Assembly: GCA_041661765.1 (NCBI GenBank)
Contig: JBAZTV010000001.1
Location: 71,755 to 135,754, forward strand
Direction: 5' to 3'
DNA length: 64,000 nucleotides
Source: Candidatus Shapirobacteria bacterium
GTDB lineage: Bacteria > Patescibacteriota > Microgenomatia > UBA12405
Every line of letters starts with the position of its first letter. Position 1 is the stretch's first letter. Of this stretch, positions 35,760 to 46,383 are shown one piece after another. The notes beneath the pieces are model-generated. The model saw only the letters and a program-made list of their open reading frames with translations, did not search any database and was not told where the DNA came from. The position numbers were made by a program, and so were the translations under genes.

Positions 35760-36901
35760 TAAGTCTTAATCGAGCTGAATTCTAATTTATATTTTTTATT
35801 GTTTGCCACCGTAAAAACTATTCTATTTATCAACCAAGTTAAACCAATTAAAATCAAGTAATAACACATCCCAATAAGTGTAATTTTAGGAAATTGATCT
35901 TTAGACAAATAACCAATTATTCCCGACACCACTCCAATAGTTGTAATTAAAGTTAAAGATTGAATAGTATTTGCATTTGCTTGGCTTTTAACTTCTAAAA
36001 CCACTTGTATCGCTGTATTAAGGTAATCTTTTGTCATATTCCAGACTTCTTTTATATAAGCATGTGTATCAATCAATGTTTCAAATTTATATTGAAAAAT
36101 ATTTGACAATTTTTCTTCTAAACTCATTTTTTTAGCAATTGATGATCTCGTGTTTACATAAACATTCATTTGATTAATTCGGCTACCAATTAAATTAATC
36201 GTTTTTTGATATCCATCTAATTTCATTCTCACTTTCTCAATATTTTTACCCAACAAAACTCTCTTTTCTTTATACTCAGATATTTCCTCCCACAACTCTC
36301 TATGAATATTCAAATATCTTTCTAATTGATCCTTAAATTCTCTAAAAAAAATTTGCATTTCCATCAAAGCTCGAACATGTTTTTCATCAATTCCTCTAAT
36401 AAAAATATATTTTGGAGTTTTATACACCGACATATCATCAGCCTCAATTTTGCTGTAAATTTTTCCAAAAACATTTTCATCCACTTCTATTTTTTTTGAT
36501 TTAGTCGAAATAACCACCGGGTGATCCAATTTAATGTTCGCCAAAATTTTTGGTGTTGGCGCTCCTAACGAAAAAATGTAAGCAATTGCCGGGTTTAATT
36601 TTTCTTCAAAATATTCTTCCAACAATGTCTTTGCTTCAACTGCATCTTTTGAATTAATTTCTAAAATATACAGACCATCTTCATAGTAGCGAATTTCTAT
36701 TCCATTTTTTGTGTTAGCTTTAACATATTCCAAATAATCAATTTCTCTCGAAACACTAATAATTTCTAAACCTTCTCGTAATTTTAATATTTTATTTTTA
36801 TCCAAGCCCAAATTCGTTTCACCTAATGCTAAAAAATTAAATATCTCAGTTAGATGTAAAGTTGTTCTTTGATACCAACCACCAAAAGTAATTGTGTACA
36901 T
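35759..36901 (-). CDS. Hypothetical protein with a CorA-like 2-TM C-terminus
   Basis: GGWYQRTTLHL N-terminus, long helical region, two terminal TM helices. Confidence 0.65.
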   Translation of the reverse strand: MYTITFGGWYQRTTLHLTEIFNFLALGETNLGLDKNKILKLREGLEIISVSREIDYLEYVKANTKNGIEIRYYEDGLYILEINSKDAVEAKTLLEEYFEEKLNPAIAYIFSLGAPTPKILANIKLDHPVVISTKSKKIEVDENVFGKIYSKIEADDMSVYKTPKYIFIRGIDEKHVRALMEMQIFFREFKDQLERYLNIHRELWEEISEYKEKRVLLGKNIEKVRMKLDGYQKTINLIGSRINQMNVYVNTRSSIAKKMSLEEKLSNIFQYKFETLIDTHAYIKEVWNMTKDYLNTAIQVVLEVKSQANANTIQSLTLITTIGVVSGIIGYLSKDQFPKITLIGMCYYLILIGLTWLINRIVFTVANNKKYKLEFSSIKT

Positions 36902-36935
36902 GAATTAAGATTATCACACCTAAAGATCGTTTTTT

Positions 36936-37361
36936 TTATTCCGCCTTAATGGCAATTTTTTTAGGTTGTACTTTTGGTGACTTAGCAAATATGACTGTCA
37001 TCATTCCATTTTTACATTTTGCTTCTGGTTCAGTATTATTATCAATATCACCCGGCACCGTCAATTGATAAACAAAAGATTGTCTTGATTGCCTAATCAC
37101 CTTTTTCTTTTCCTCTTTTTCAGTTGATTCCGCCCTTATTGACAAAAGTCCCTTATTGAAGGTGATTTCTATATCTTTAGCATCAATTCCAGGCACTGCC
37201 GCTTTCACATAAACATTTTTATCGTCCTCAGAAATTGACAGACCGCTATCATTATTCGATGTTATTAAATCATTATTCCACCATGAATCCAAATCAGACG
37301 GAAACCATGGCGCCATTAATAATTTTTTAGGTACTAACATATTCATATTTTTTCCTTCCAC
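36936..37361 (-). CDS. Small heat shock protein Hsp20
   Basis: VKAAVPGI..KDIEI, A.CKNGMMTV, PKKIAI. Confidence 0.92.
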   Translation of the reverse strand: MEGKNMNMLVPKKLLMAPWFPSDLDSWWNNDLITSNNDSGLSISEDDKNVYVKAAVPGIDAKDIEITFNKGLLSIRAESTEKEEKKKVIRQSRQSFVYQLTVPGDIDNNTEPEAKCKNGMMTVIFAKSPKVQPKKIAIKAE

Positions 37362-37411
37362 ATTAAATAACTAAATCAATTCAATTAAAAACAATTAAAA
37401 TTAAAAATTAA

Positions 37412-37780
37412 TTAAAAAATCTTAGGAATAAAAATTATCAAACCAATTATTGCCGCCACCATTGCAGTTACCAATACCGATCCTGCCGCCATATCTCTCA
37501 CCTTAGTCGTCGCTTCATAGCTTAATTTATTAACATCTCTAACTGTATTACTTAATTCTTCAACACTAGAATTAACTAACTCAGCTGACCAAACCAATGA
37601 AACCAAAACCAAAATTATTATCCATTCATTTATTGACAATTTATAATATAAACTCGCTGTCAATAATATTAAAGTCATCACTCCGTGAAACTTCATATTC
37701 CGTCCTTCAAAACCTCCAACTATTCCTCTAAATGCATAAACAAATCCCATTAAAAATTTCACCATAAAATATTCTAACAA
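37412..37780 (-). CDS. Diacylglycerol/undecaprenol kinase family
   Basis: YAFRG, N..FH, AELVNSSVE, RDMAAGSV. Confidence 0.88.
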   Translation of the reverse strand: MLEYFMVKFLMGFVYAFRGIVGGFEGRNMKFHGVMTLILLTASLYYKLSINEWIIILVLVSLVWSAELVNSSVEELSNTVRDVNKLSYEATTKVRDMAAGSVLVTAMVAAIIGLIIFIPKIF

Positions 37781-37790
37781 ATTTATAGAA

Positions 37791-40700
37791 TTATTTAAAA
37801 ATATTTACCAATGTTTTCAACTTATTTTTAATAATAGTTTTATATTTATAAATTGTTCCCTTTTTATTTGCCTTAGCTGGCACCCATTCTGACCATGGGC
37901 CCATAGTACAGCCATTAACCGCCGCCACTTTAAAATAATAAGTTATTTTTGGATTAAGCATATTAATATCAGCATTTTGTACTCCTTTGTTTTCATTAAT
38001 AGTGTTAATAAATGTTCCAAATCGTTCGTCTCCCTTTTTCAAACCATATAAAACAGCATAAGACGTTGCTTGTGAAGTTGGGGAGTAAAAAAGTTTAACA
38101 CTGCCTTTAATAGTTTTAATTTCAAAAAGGTCAGGGTTATCGATTGGAGGACTATCAGTACAAACTCTTGGTCCATAATTATTACTATTATTATCAGAAC
38201 TTTGCTGAGTCGCAGTTTCATAAGAAGCAGCTGTAAAATAAGAAGCTTGAGTGGCCCAAAATTGACAATAACCACTACTTACCACACAAGTGGCAGGTGT
38301 CACAATACCATCACTTGTCCACCCAGAAGATCCAGTTGGAGAACGCAAAACATTTAAAGTTCTTCCGTTCAAGTCTGTTCCCACATAAATATTAATAGTA
38401 ACAGGGTTACTAAAGGTTAATGTTTTGTTTGGAATTCCCCATTGAATTACTGCTTCTTTAGTAAAACCCGAACCAAGATCTGATACAGTATTTTTGTCGA
38501 CTACAATTGCACTTAATTCATTAGTATTAAAAAGCTGATTATCATGTTCAGTAATATCTGTACCTTGTAATAAATATACAGTACTTAAAGTACCACTAGT
38601 ACCAATATTTATAGTTATATTATTAGCCACTGATACTTTTGATGTTTCATCAGGATTATCATTATTTGGAGTGGTTGTAAAAGTACCATAAGTTATTAAA
38701 TCCGAGAGATTAGTTGCTCCAATATTTGATGGCACTATTTTTGTTGCTCTAAAAACAGAAACAGCATTATTTAAAGCATTTACTGCCAGATCTATTTGAT
38801 CTTGATTTGATGTTAAATTATTTTTAATTCCAGTAGCTGTAGTAATAGCTGTCTGAAGATCAGTGATAGCATTAGTTGGATATTGACCATAACCAGTTCC
38901 AGCCACTGCCGAATCATACTGTGATTGAGCCAAAGTAATCGCAATATTTAAATTAGTAAAATCTGCCACTGGTGTCACTCCACTAATAGAAGCATATGCT
39001 CCCAATCCAGTCTGGTTAACTGCTGCCACTCTAAAATTATAACTAGTCCCATTAGTTAAACCAGTTACAGTAGTAGATGTTCCAATAATTAAACTTCCAT
39101 GACCCACAGTAGTCCAACTATCACCTATTCCATAATCAATTTGATAATCGACAATAGTCGAACCTACATTTGTCGGCCCAGTCCAAGATAATAAAACTTG
39201 AGTATTACCTGGAACACCTGTTAAATTACCAGGTGCAGAGGGGACAGAAACAGGAGCGATAGTAACTGTTATATTATAATTTTGAGTTGAAGTATTTTCA
39301 GCTGTGACAGTGTAAGAAACTGGATTGGTAAAATCCCGAGCCGTACCAGAAAGTGGAGAAATAGATGCCCCAGCATCAACAGTAATAATTGGAGTCAAAT
39401 TTGTCACATCAGTGCCATACGGAACAGTAACACCTATATCAGTTCCGTTAATTATTCCTGATACTCCTATCCCATTAAAACTAAATCCTGTTATTGTTTT
39501 ATTAATGGAACCTATTGTAATAGTAATAGGTGAAGAAGTTGAGCCAACTCCTGTTTGATTAATAGCACTAACTCTAAAATCATAACTAACTCCATTAGTT
39601 AAACCAGTTACAGTGGTGGATGTTCCTGTAATTGAAACTTCGTGAGTAAAAGTAATCCAACTATCTCCTATACCATATTCTATTTGATAATCTAGAATAG
39701 TTGAGCCTACATCGACTGGAGCATTCCAGTTTAAAGTAACTTGATTACTATTAGAAACACCTGTTAGATTACCAGGTGCAGAGGGGACAGGAACCGGAGC
39801 TACAGGTACTATTCCATAACTATAAACATATGCACCTAATCCAGTTTGATTAACCGCTGCCACTCTAAAATCATAACTAACCCCATTAGTTAAACCAGTC
39901 ACCGGTATATTAGAAATATTAATTTCTGATGTAGCAACTACCTGAGTAGTCCAATTAATTTCAGTATCGCCAATTACACTCTCCTTATATCCAATCTGAT
40001 ACTGAACAATAGTCGAACCTACATTTGCCGGCCCAGTCCAAGATAATAAAACTTGGGTATTACCTGGAACAGTGGTTAAATTATTAGGTGCAGAGGGAAC
40101 AGAAACAGGAGTCATGAGAGCTTCCATTACTAAGACTGAATTATAAGCATTAATTCTTTTCCCTGTAGTAGTTTTTCCAGATAAAGCATCAATAGAATCA
40201 CCATTATTTAAAATAATATTTCTCAATTGGGAATAAGTTACTGAAGGGTTAATGCTTAATAAATATCCAGCTAATCCAGTCACATGAGGAGTAGCCATTG
40301 AAGTTCCATCTTTAAAATCATAACCAGCATCTGTGCCATTTTCAGGATAATCAATTATTTTAATATTGTACACATAGCAACCAATATTAGCATTCAAACT
40401 AGAGTCAGTTTTCCAATGTAATCGATATTTAAAATTATTAGTTAAATAAGAGCTACCTATACCAATATTAAAAGTATTAGAGCAATAAGAACTACCACAA
40501 GAACCAGTTGACATACCAGATATCGAAGATTTATTAAATCTAGAAACTTCAGTAAAAGTATCTCCTCCATCACCATTAAATTCCAAAGCTACATAATCTG
40601 AGGTAGCTCCACCACCACTATCAGTTGTCCCAACATCATAACACTGTGCTTTGAAACTAAATTTAGTCGGGTTGTTAATTGTGTTCGAAATGTCGATATT

Positions 40701-41996
40701 TTTTGAAGTAATAATATAATCAGAATTATTTGAATAAGTGGTACGACTATCAGTATTAAAAATTTCCCCAACATTTGAAGTATTTGCAACTTGCCAATAA
40801 GAACCAATACCGTTTATATAATCTAAATAATCTTCAATATAATCTTTTCTATAACTAACAGTACTATAAATATCCACACCAGGAGCTCCAACATCAACCG
40901 ATGTAGTGCCGTAATTAGAGAAACTAGCCAATTGATCATTATTATCAGTAGCCGCCACTGAAATAATATTATCCAAATCATAATCACTAGGATAGTTAGG
41001 GGTTATTTCATTATTAGCTCCATCATTTCCAGCACTAGTAATAAAAACACCACCAACTGCCTTAAAGCGGTTAATGGCATCATATTCTAAAGACGAATAA
41101 GATGGCCCACCATAACTTGCATTAATAACTTTTACTCCATTTTTAATTACAAAATCAATGGATTCAATCAGACAACTGCTACTAAAAGACCCATTTTCCA
41201 CTTGACAATTAAGAGCCATTATTTTTATTTTCTGACCAATACCAACAATTCCCAGGCCATTATTAATCACTCCACTAATAGTCCCAGCAATATGAGTCCC
41301 ATGATAAGAGCTTTCTACATTTGTTAGAACCGGAGCCGGATTAGTAGAACCAGTTATAAAATTATAACCATGAAGACAACCACCGACAATTGTATCGCCA
41401 TTTTGATCCAAACAATTACTACCATTCCACATATTATTAATCAAATCAGGATGATTCCAAGCAACACCAGTATCAATCACAGCAACAATAACATCACTGG
41501 TACCCACAGAAACATTCCAAGCTCGGGCTAAATCAATATCAGCCCCACTCGTGCCAATACTAGTTGTCCCATTATCAAAAGTAATAGTTTGGCCAAAATT
41601 ATCCAAACCCCACAAATTATTTTTATCAACATCACTAGTTCCTAGATCAGAAATATATGAATAATAATTTGGTTCAACTGTTTCAACATTAGAATCAGTT
41701 CTAACTTCATTAACAACTTCTTCTACCGACCGACCACTTTTAATTTTATAAACAACTACATTTCCAGATTCTAATACTGCATCCTTTTCTAAATCATTAT
41801 TTGTTCGAGTAGTATATTCTCTAAAAAGGGACATTAACCCAGGGTTAGCCAAATTAACTTGTCCTTTTTTGAATTTAACTAATACTTCATCTGGCGAATA
41901 TTTAGGCCGATTAATTTCTGCAGATGCCACAACAGTCGAGTTAAACAAAAGAAAACTTAAAAATAAAAAGCTAAAAAAAATACCCTTCTTAAACAT
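37791..41996 (-). CDS. Secreted S8 subtilisin-like protease with FN3 repeats
   Basis: Catalytic triad VIDTG, HGTHIAG, GTSMATPHV; three FN3 repeats; C-terminal FN3 (YYFKVAAVNGC). Confidence 0.93.
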   Translation of the reverse strand: MFKKGIFFSFLFLSFLLFNSTVVASAEINRPKYSPDEVLVKFKKGQVNLANPGLMSLFREYTTRTNNDLEKDAVLESGNVVVYKIKSGRSVEEVVNEVRTDSNVETVEPNYYSYISDLGTSDVDKNNLWGLDNFGQTITFDNGTTSIGTSGADIDLARAWNVSVGTSDVIVAVIDTGVAWNHPDLINNMWNGSNCLDQNGDTIVGGCLHGYNFITGSTNPAPVLTNVESSYHGTHIAGTISGVINNGLGIVGIGQKIKIMALNCQVENGSFSSSCLIESIDFVIKNGVKVINASYGGPSYSSLEYDAINRFKAVGGVFITSAGNDGANNEITPNYPSDYDLDNIISVAATDNNDQLASFSNYGTTSVDVGAPGVDIYSTVSYRKDYIEDYLDYINGIGSYWQVANTSNVGEIFNTDSRTTYSNNSDYIITSKNIDISNTINNPTKFSFKAQCYDVGTTDSGGGATSDYVALEFNGDGGDTFTEVSRFNKSSISGMSTGSCGSSYCSNTFNIGIGSSYLTNNFKYRLHWKTDSSLNANIGCYVYNIKIIDYPENGTDAGYDFKDGTSMATPHVTGLAGYLLSINPSVTYSQLRNIILNNGDSIDALSGKTTTGKRINAYNSVLVMEALMTPVSVPSAPNNLTTVPGNTQVLLSWTGPANVGSTIVQYQIGYKESVIGDTEINWTTQVVATSEINISNIPVTGLTNGVSYDFRVAAVNQTGLGAYVYSYGIVPVAPVPVPSAPGNLTGVSNSNQVTLNWNAPVDVGSTILDYQIEYGIGDSWITFTHEVSITGTSTTVTGLTNGVSYDFRVSAINQTGVGSTSSPITITIGSINKTITGFSFNGIGVSGIINGTDIGVTVPYGTDVTNLTPIITVDAGASISPLSGTARDFTNPVSYTVTAENTSTQNYNITVTIAPVSVPSAPGNLTGVPGNTQVLLSWTGPTNVGSTIVDYQIDYGIGDSWTTVGHGSLIIGTSTTVTGLTNGTSYNFRVAAVNQTGLGAYASISGVTPVADFTNLNIAITLAQSQYDSAVAGTGYGQYPTNAITDLQTAITTATGIKNNLTSNQDQIDLAVNALNNAVSVFRATKIVPSNIGATNLSDLITYGTFTTTPNNDNPDETSKVSVANNITINIGTSGTLSTVYLLQGTDITEHDNQLFNTNELSAIVVDKNTVSDLGSGFTKEAVIQWGIPNKTLTFSNPVTINIYVGTDLNGRTLNVLRSPTGSSGWTSDGIVTPATCVVSSGYCQFWATQASYFTAASYETATQQSSDNNSNNYGPRVCTDSPPIDNPDLFEIKTIKGSVKLFYSPTSQATSYAVLYGLKKGDERFGTFINTINENKGVQNADINMLNPKITYYFKVAAVNGCTMGPWSEWVPAKANKKGTIYKYKTIIKNKLKTLVNIFK

Positions 41997-42060
41997 TTTT
42001 AATCAAACAAAATTAATCTCATCTAAATGATATTATTAATTAATAATATCACTAAAAAAA

Positions 42061-42393
42061 ATGAAAAAAATAACTAGAAGATCCATCTTTTTTTTAATTT
42101 TAATTATTTTATTTTTAGTGATCGGGATAACAATTTTAATTGAAAATAATAAAAATAAAGAATCAATAAAAATTAAAGAAAACACTAATCTTTGTCAAAG
42201 GGCAGGTTGTAGTGGACAATTATGTGTTGAATCAAATTTCAAAGACACGACAACAACTTGTGAGTGGAAAGAAGAATATTCCTGTTACCAAAAAGCTAAA
42301 TGCGAAAAACAACCAGATGGAAAATGTGGATTTACTAAAGATGATCAATTCAATAAATGTGTCGACGAATTAATTGTAAAAATAGAAAAATAA
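42061..42393 (+). CDS. Membrane-anchored eight-cysteine domain protein
   Basis: CQRAGCSGQLC...CEWKEEYSCY..AKCE....CG...C. Confidence 0.75.
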   Translation: MKKITRRSIFFLILIILFLVIGITILIENNKNKESIKIKENTNLCQRAGCSGQLCVESNFKDTTTTCEWKEEYSCYQKAKCEKQPDGKCGFTKDDQFNKCVDELIVKIEK

Positions 42394-42405
42394 AAGTTTG
42401 TAAAA

Positions 42406-42810
42406 ATGAACGGAAATAATTTAATAATAATTGTTAAAGATTTAAATAATAATGTCGTTAAGGATGCTAAGGTAAACTTAGTCTCTGAAAAATTGAGCGG
42501 AATAACCGACGACAAAGGACAAATAGCTTTCCCTTTACCAAACGCAAAAAAAATAAATGTCGAAGTTGAACTAAATGGAGAAACTAATACTACTACCTAT
42601 TATCTAACTGGTAACTCGAATCAGAAATTAGAAATAAATTTTGCCTCCTACAAAAAACTTCAAGAATCTCAATCATCATCTCAAACATCATCTCAATCAC
42701 TATTAATTAAAGATAAAAGACAAAATGGAAATGCAGTTTATATTTTTAGTTTTTTAATAATAATTTTAGGTAGCTATTTACTATTCAAAAAATATCAAAA
42801 ATATAAATAG
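42406..42810 (+). CDS. Beta-sandwich (carboxypeptidase-regulatory-like) protein with C-terminal TM
   Basis: VKD.NN..V.DAKV...ITDDKG motif. Confidence 0.6.
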   Translation: MNGNNLIIIVKDLNNNVVKDAKVNLVSEKLSGITDDKGQIAFPLPNAKKINVEVELNGETNTTTYYLTGNSNQKLEINFASYKKLQESQSSSQTSSQSLLIKDKRQNGNAVYIFSFLIIILGSYLLFKKYQKYK

Positions 42811-42873
42811 CCAAGTTTCTTCCAATTTCAATACATTCAATTTTATTAGATAATTTTAGATACAATATAATCC

Positions 42874-43797
42874 ATGATGTTAACAATTTTAACTATTATT
42901 GGCCTCAGTCTTTTTGAAGTCGTTTGTAGCATTGATAATGCTATCGTTAACGCCAAAGTTTTGCGCACTGTTAGTGCTAAAGCCAAAAAATGGTTTTTAA
43001 CTTGGGGATTATTTTTTGCAGTCTTTGTTGTTCGTGGTCTTTTACCATGGATAATAGTCTGGGCTGTCAATCCTCATTTAGGTCCAATTGGTGCTTTTAC
43101 TGCATCTTTTAGTTCCGATCCTGTCATTGCTCATTCAATTGAAAAATCAATCCCAGTTTTATTTATGACTGGTGGTGTTTTCTTACTACTTTTATTCTTT
43201 AGTTGGCTTTTTCTTGAAAATGAAAATTATTGTATAAGAGGGGAATATTTTTTTTATCGCAAAGGTTTTTGGTTTAACAGTATTGCTTCTTTAATCTTAC
43301 TTGTTTTAACTTTTATTACTATTAAAATTGATCCCAACATGACTTTAGGTGCTGCCATAGGGTCTACCATTTTTTTTATTACTCACGGTTTTCGTGAGCG
43401 AGCAAAAAGCATGGAAGAAGGCCTGGAAACTTCCAATCGTTCAGATTTTAGTAAACTTCTATTTTTAGAAATTCTCGACACTAATTTTTCCATAGATGGG
43501 GTTCTTGGTGCCTTTGCTTTTACTCTTTCCATCCCAATTATTTTACTTGGTAATGGTATTGGAGCTGTAATTGTTAGACAGTTAACAGTTGGTAATATTG
43601 ATCGAATTAAAAAATATCGTTATCTTGAAAATGGCGCTATGTATTCCATCTTTTTTCTTGGATTTTTTATGATTACAGAATCATTCGGCATTCCAGTCCC
43701 AAAATTTTTACCCCCAATTTTTACTATTAGTACCATCTCTTTCTTTTTATATAAATCAATTGTCAGACTAAAACTAGAACAATCAGCCAAAATTTAA
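42874..43797 (+). CDS. DUF475/TerC-like membrane protein
   Basis: E...SIDNAIVNA, LEILD..FSIDGVLGAFA, YLENGAMY. Confidence 0.9.
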   Translation: MMLTILTIIGLSLFEVVCSIDNAIVNAKVLRTVSAKAKKWFLTWGLFFAVFVVRGLLPWIIVWAVNPHLGPIGAFTASFSSDPVIAHSIEKSIPVLFMTGGVFLLLLFFSWLFLENENYCIRGEYFFYRKGFWFNSIASLILLVLTFITIKIDPNMTLGAAIGSTIFFITHGFRERAKSMEEGLETSNRSDFSKLLFLEILDTNFSIDGVLGAFAFTLSIPIILLGNGIGAVIVRQLTVGNIDRIKKYRYLENGAMYSIFFLGFFMITESFGIPVPKFLPPIFTISTISFFLYKSIVRLKLEQSAKI

Positions 43798-43806
43798 TTA
43801 AAAATC

Positions 43807-43933
43807 TATTTTATCCGAACGAATTACTCTATGTCAGGGGATTCCCCACCACCCTAAAAACCTTTGGTTTTTCGGCCAGTATTACTACCTCTTTATAAGA
43901 CAAAGTTTTTCCTTTAGAAATTTTCTTTATCAT
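43807..43933 (-). pseudogene. Remnant of an O6-alkylguanine transferase (Ogt/ATL) gene
   Basis: KKISKGKTLSYKEV..LA..PK.FRVVGN, then a frameshift to IP*HRVIRSD (active-site PCHRV/PWHRV codon now TGA). Confidence 0.7.
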
Positions 43934-44280
43934 GGCATAAACTTTTTCCACCATCGAAAAATAAACTAATTTCTCTAATCGTATTATTTATTGTTCTTTT
44001 AATTTTTATTTTATTATTTTTTTTAATCAAAAATTTTTCATTTGTCTTAATTAAAAAATCTTTAGATAAACAAAATTTCATCTTCAAAAACTTATTAAAA
44101 AATTTTTTCAACCATAAGTTAGTCAAAATTAATATCAAAGCAAATAAACCTAGAAATAAATATGAAATTGAAAATTTAATAATACTGATGCAAAACCGAA
44201 CCAAAAATCAAACTGATTGAAAGTGATAAAAATGCCTTTTTTCTCCGAATTATTTCTTTTTCCGAAACTTTATATTTTAC
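43914..44280 (-). pseudogene. Frameshifted, truncated membrane protein remnant
   Basis: KVSEKEIIRRKKAFLSLSISLIFG continues in a different frame into ORF 43914-44204. Confidence 0.4.
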
Positions 44281-44312
44281 TAACACAATTAATTATATAT
44301 CAGAGAAGGGAA

Positions 44313-45581
44313 TCATTTTCGCAATTTATATATTTTCCCTGTATTACCCCCAATACCAAGTTGATCTGTTGTTAGAACATATAATTCCCCATTTTTGTCT
44401 TCACCAAACCCATTAATAAAGGAATCAGTCTTTATAGTCTCAGTTACATTCCATTTGTTTTCTTTTTCTTCTGCCACCATAATTTTCCCCCCACCAGTCT
44501 TAAAATTATCACTCCAATCTCCAAAAATATATTTTCCATTCAACCCCGAGATTTCTGTTCCTCTATAAATAAATCCGCCGATAATAGATATTCCTTCCGA
44601 ATGATTATATTCCAAAATAGGTGCTATTAATTGTTCTCCTAGATAACCGACATTAACACAATCGGCTGGAGATTTATCAGGACTTTCATGACTAAAACAG
44701 TAATTTCCTTCTTTAATATTCCATCCATAATTTTTACCTTTCTCAACAATATCAACTTCTTCCCATAAATTTTGTCCAACATCGCCTACAAAAAGTCTAC
44801 CTGTTTCTTTGTCAAATGACATTCTAAATGGATTTCTAAATCCATAAGCATAAATTTCATCCCTTCCTGTTTTTCCAACAAAAGGATTATCTTCAGGGAT
44901 TCCTCCATCTGTTTTAATTCGTAAAATTTTACCTAGCAAATTAGACAGATCTTGCGCATTTCCGGTTTTCGAATGCCCCAAACCAAAATCATCCGCGTTT
45001 CCACCATCACCGACAGCCACATAAAGATAGCCATCACTTCCAAAAATTATTTCTCCACCATTGTGATTAAATTGTGGTTCATCAATTTCCAAAATTATTT
45101 TTTCTGAATTTAAATCTGCCTTGTCCTGGTTATCATTAGAAACTTTAAATTCTGAAATTCTACTGGTATGATCCCACCCTTGCGGACCATTTTTTCTCAA
45201 AGGCGCACTGTAATAAACATAAAATTTTTTATCATTTTCAAAATTAGGACTGAAAGCAATTCCCAAAAGCCCTCGTTCATCATAACTTTCCTTTAGTTTA
45301 ACCATATTCTTCCTTAAATCTAAAAATGGTTCATCCAATACTTGTCCATCTTTTATTATTTTAATTAGACCAGTTTGGTCAGTAACAAATAATCTACCGC
45401 TATTATTAGGGGATTCAAGTAACTTTATAGGGGAAACAAATTTATCTGCAACTAATTCCAAATTTATCGCTTCTGATTTTTTCATAGGGTTAGATAAAGG
45501 GGTTGGTAAAAGAAAAAAATAAATTATTAACATTGCTACCATAACTATTCCAACATAAATTAAAATATTTTTTTGTTTCAT
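44313..45581 (-). CDS. Glucose/sorbosone dehydrogenase (PQQ-dependent sugar dehydrogenase family)
   Basis: ERGLLGIAF, NHNGG...FG.DGYLY...GDGG, GKILRI, YAYGFRNP, NYGW. Confidence 0.92.
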   Translation of the reverse strand: MKQKNILIYVGIVMVAMLIIYFFLLPTPLSNPMKKSEAINLELVADKFVSPIKLLESPNNSGRLFVTDQTGLIKIIKDGQVLDEPFLDLRKNMVKLKESYDERGLLGIAFSPNFENDKKFYVYYSAPLRKNGPQGWDHTSRISEFKVSNDNQDKADLNSEKIILEIDEPQFNHNGGEIIFGSDGYLYVAVGDGGNADDFGLGHSKTGNAQDLSNLLGKILRIKTDGGIPEDNPFVGKTGRDEIYAYGFRNPFRMSFDKETGRLFVGDVGQNLWEEVDIVEKGKNYGWNIKEGNYCFSHESPDKSPADCVNVGYLGEQLIAPILEYNHSEGISIIGGFIYRGTEISGLNGKYIFGDWSDNFKTGGGKIMVAEEKENKWNVTETIKTDSFINGFGEDKNGELYVLTTDQLGIGGNTGKIYKLRK

Positions 45582-45587
45582 ATTTTT

Positions 45588-45974
45588 TTATTGAACAATA
45601 ATTTTTCCTGTCATAAAAGGATGGGGTGTACAGTGATAGTCATATTCTCCAGTCTGATTAAAAGTGTGTGAATATGTCTCATCTAGACTAAGTAGCTCCG
45701 AAGATAATTCTTTTCCAGCATCCGAGAAAACATTGTGTTTTATAGAATCTTTATTTTTCCAAACAACTTTCTCCCCAGCCAAAATCGTTATTTCTTTTGG
45801 GGAATATGCATAATTCTCAATAATAACAATTTTTTGTCCTTCAATCTCTTCCGATATTTTTGAATCTTTCAAAACTTCTATTGAAGGTTTTTTTAAATAA
45901 GAATAAAAACCAACTCCGACAACCACAACTACTATAACAGAGATAATAATTGAGATTAATGTTTTTTTTCTCAC
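45588..45974 (-). CDS. Membrane-anchored cupredoxin (amicyanin/plastocyanin-like)
   Basis: W.N.D...HNV ... YHCTPHPFM (His, Cys, His, Met type-1 Cu ligands). Confidence 0.92.
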   Translation of the reverse strand: MRKKTLISIIISVIVVVVVGVGFYSYLKKPSIEVLKDSKISEEIEGQKIVIIENYAYSPKEITILAGEKVVWKNKDSIKHNVFSDAGKELSSELLSLDETYSHTFNQTGEYDYHCTPHPFMTGKIIVQ

Positions 45975-46020
45975 AATTTAATAATAACACTAAATCTAAA
46001 ACAATTTAAAAACAGTAAAT

Positions 46021-46044
46021 CATTGTATGATTAGAACTTATTTT
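46021..46044 (+). repeat. att-like repeat copy 1 (degenerate)
   Basis: cattgtatgattagaacttatttt; contains the stop codon of the DUF1048 gene. Confidence 0.5.
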
Positions 46045-46382
46045 TCTTTCCCGAATTTTTTCTTGATTTCATTGTTCAATTTCTCATGCCAACCAGTAGT
46101 CCAGGTTTTCGTGTTAAGTAAAAGTTCATCACAAAACTCGGCTACATCTTTTCCTGTGATTTCTAATACACGTTTACCATCCGCAACGCCAGCCTCAAAC
46201 AAATCAATCAGGTCGTATTGAACTTTTAACATGTCCATACTGTCACCTCCGGCATGATTCCACATATAATTTTGAATCTTTTTGAACACAAATTGATAAT
46301 CTTTTGGCATGACTTCGACTCGCGCCATCATCATTTTGTATTCTTTTTTATCACCAATAATTTTTTTTAAAAAATTTAACAT
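46038..46382 (-). CDS. DUF1048 family protein
   Basis: P.DYQFVFKKIQ.YMW, DLFE.G...GK.VLEITG.DVA.FCD; typical partner of PadR. Confidence 0.85.
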   Translation of the reverse strand: MLNFLKKIIGDKKEYKMMMARVEVMPKDYQFVFKKIQNYMWNHAGGDSMDMLKVQYDLIDLFEAGVADGKRVLEITGKDVAEFCDELLLNTKTWTTGWHEKLNNEIKKKFGKEK

Positions 46383-46383
46383 T

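Noticed and set aside
43834-43836. TGA at the Ogt active-site position as selenocysteine or recoding
   Set aside because: The same remnant also has a deletion and frameshift, and intact genes here use TGA as stop, so decay is the simpler explanation.
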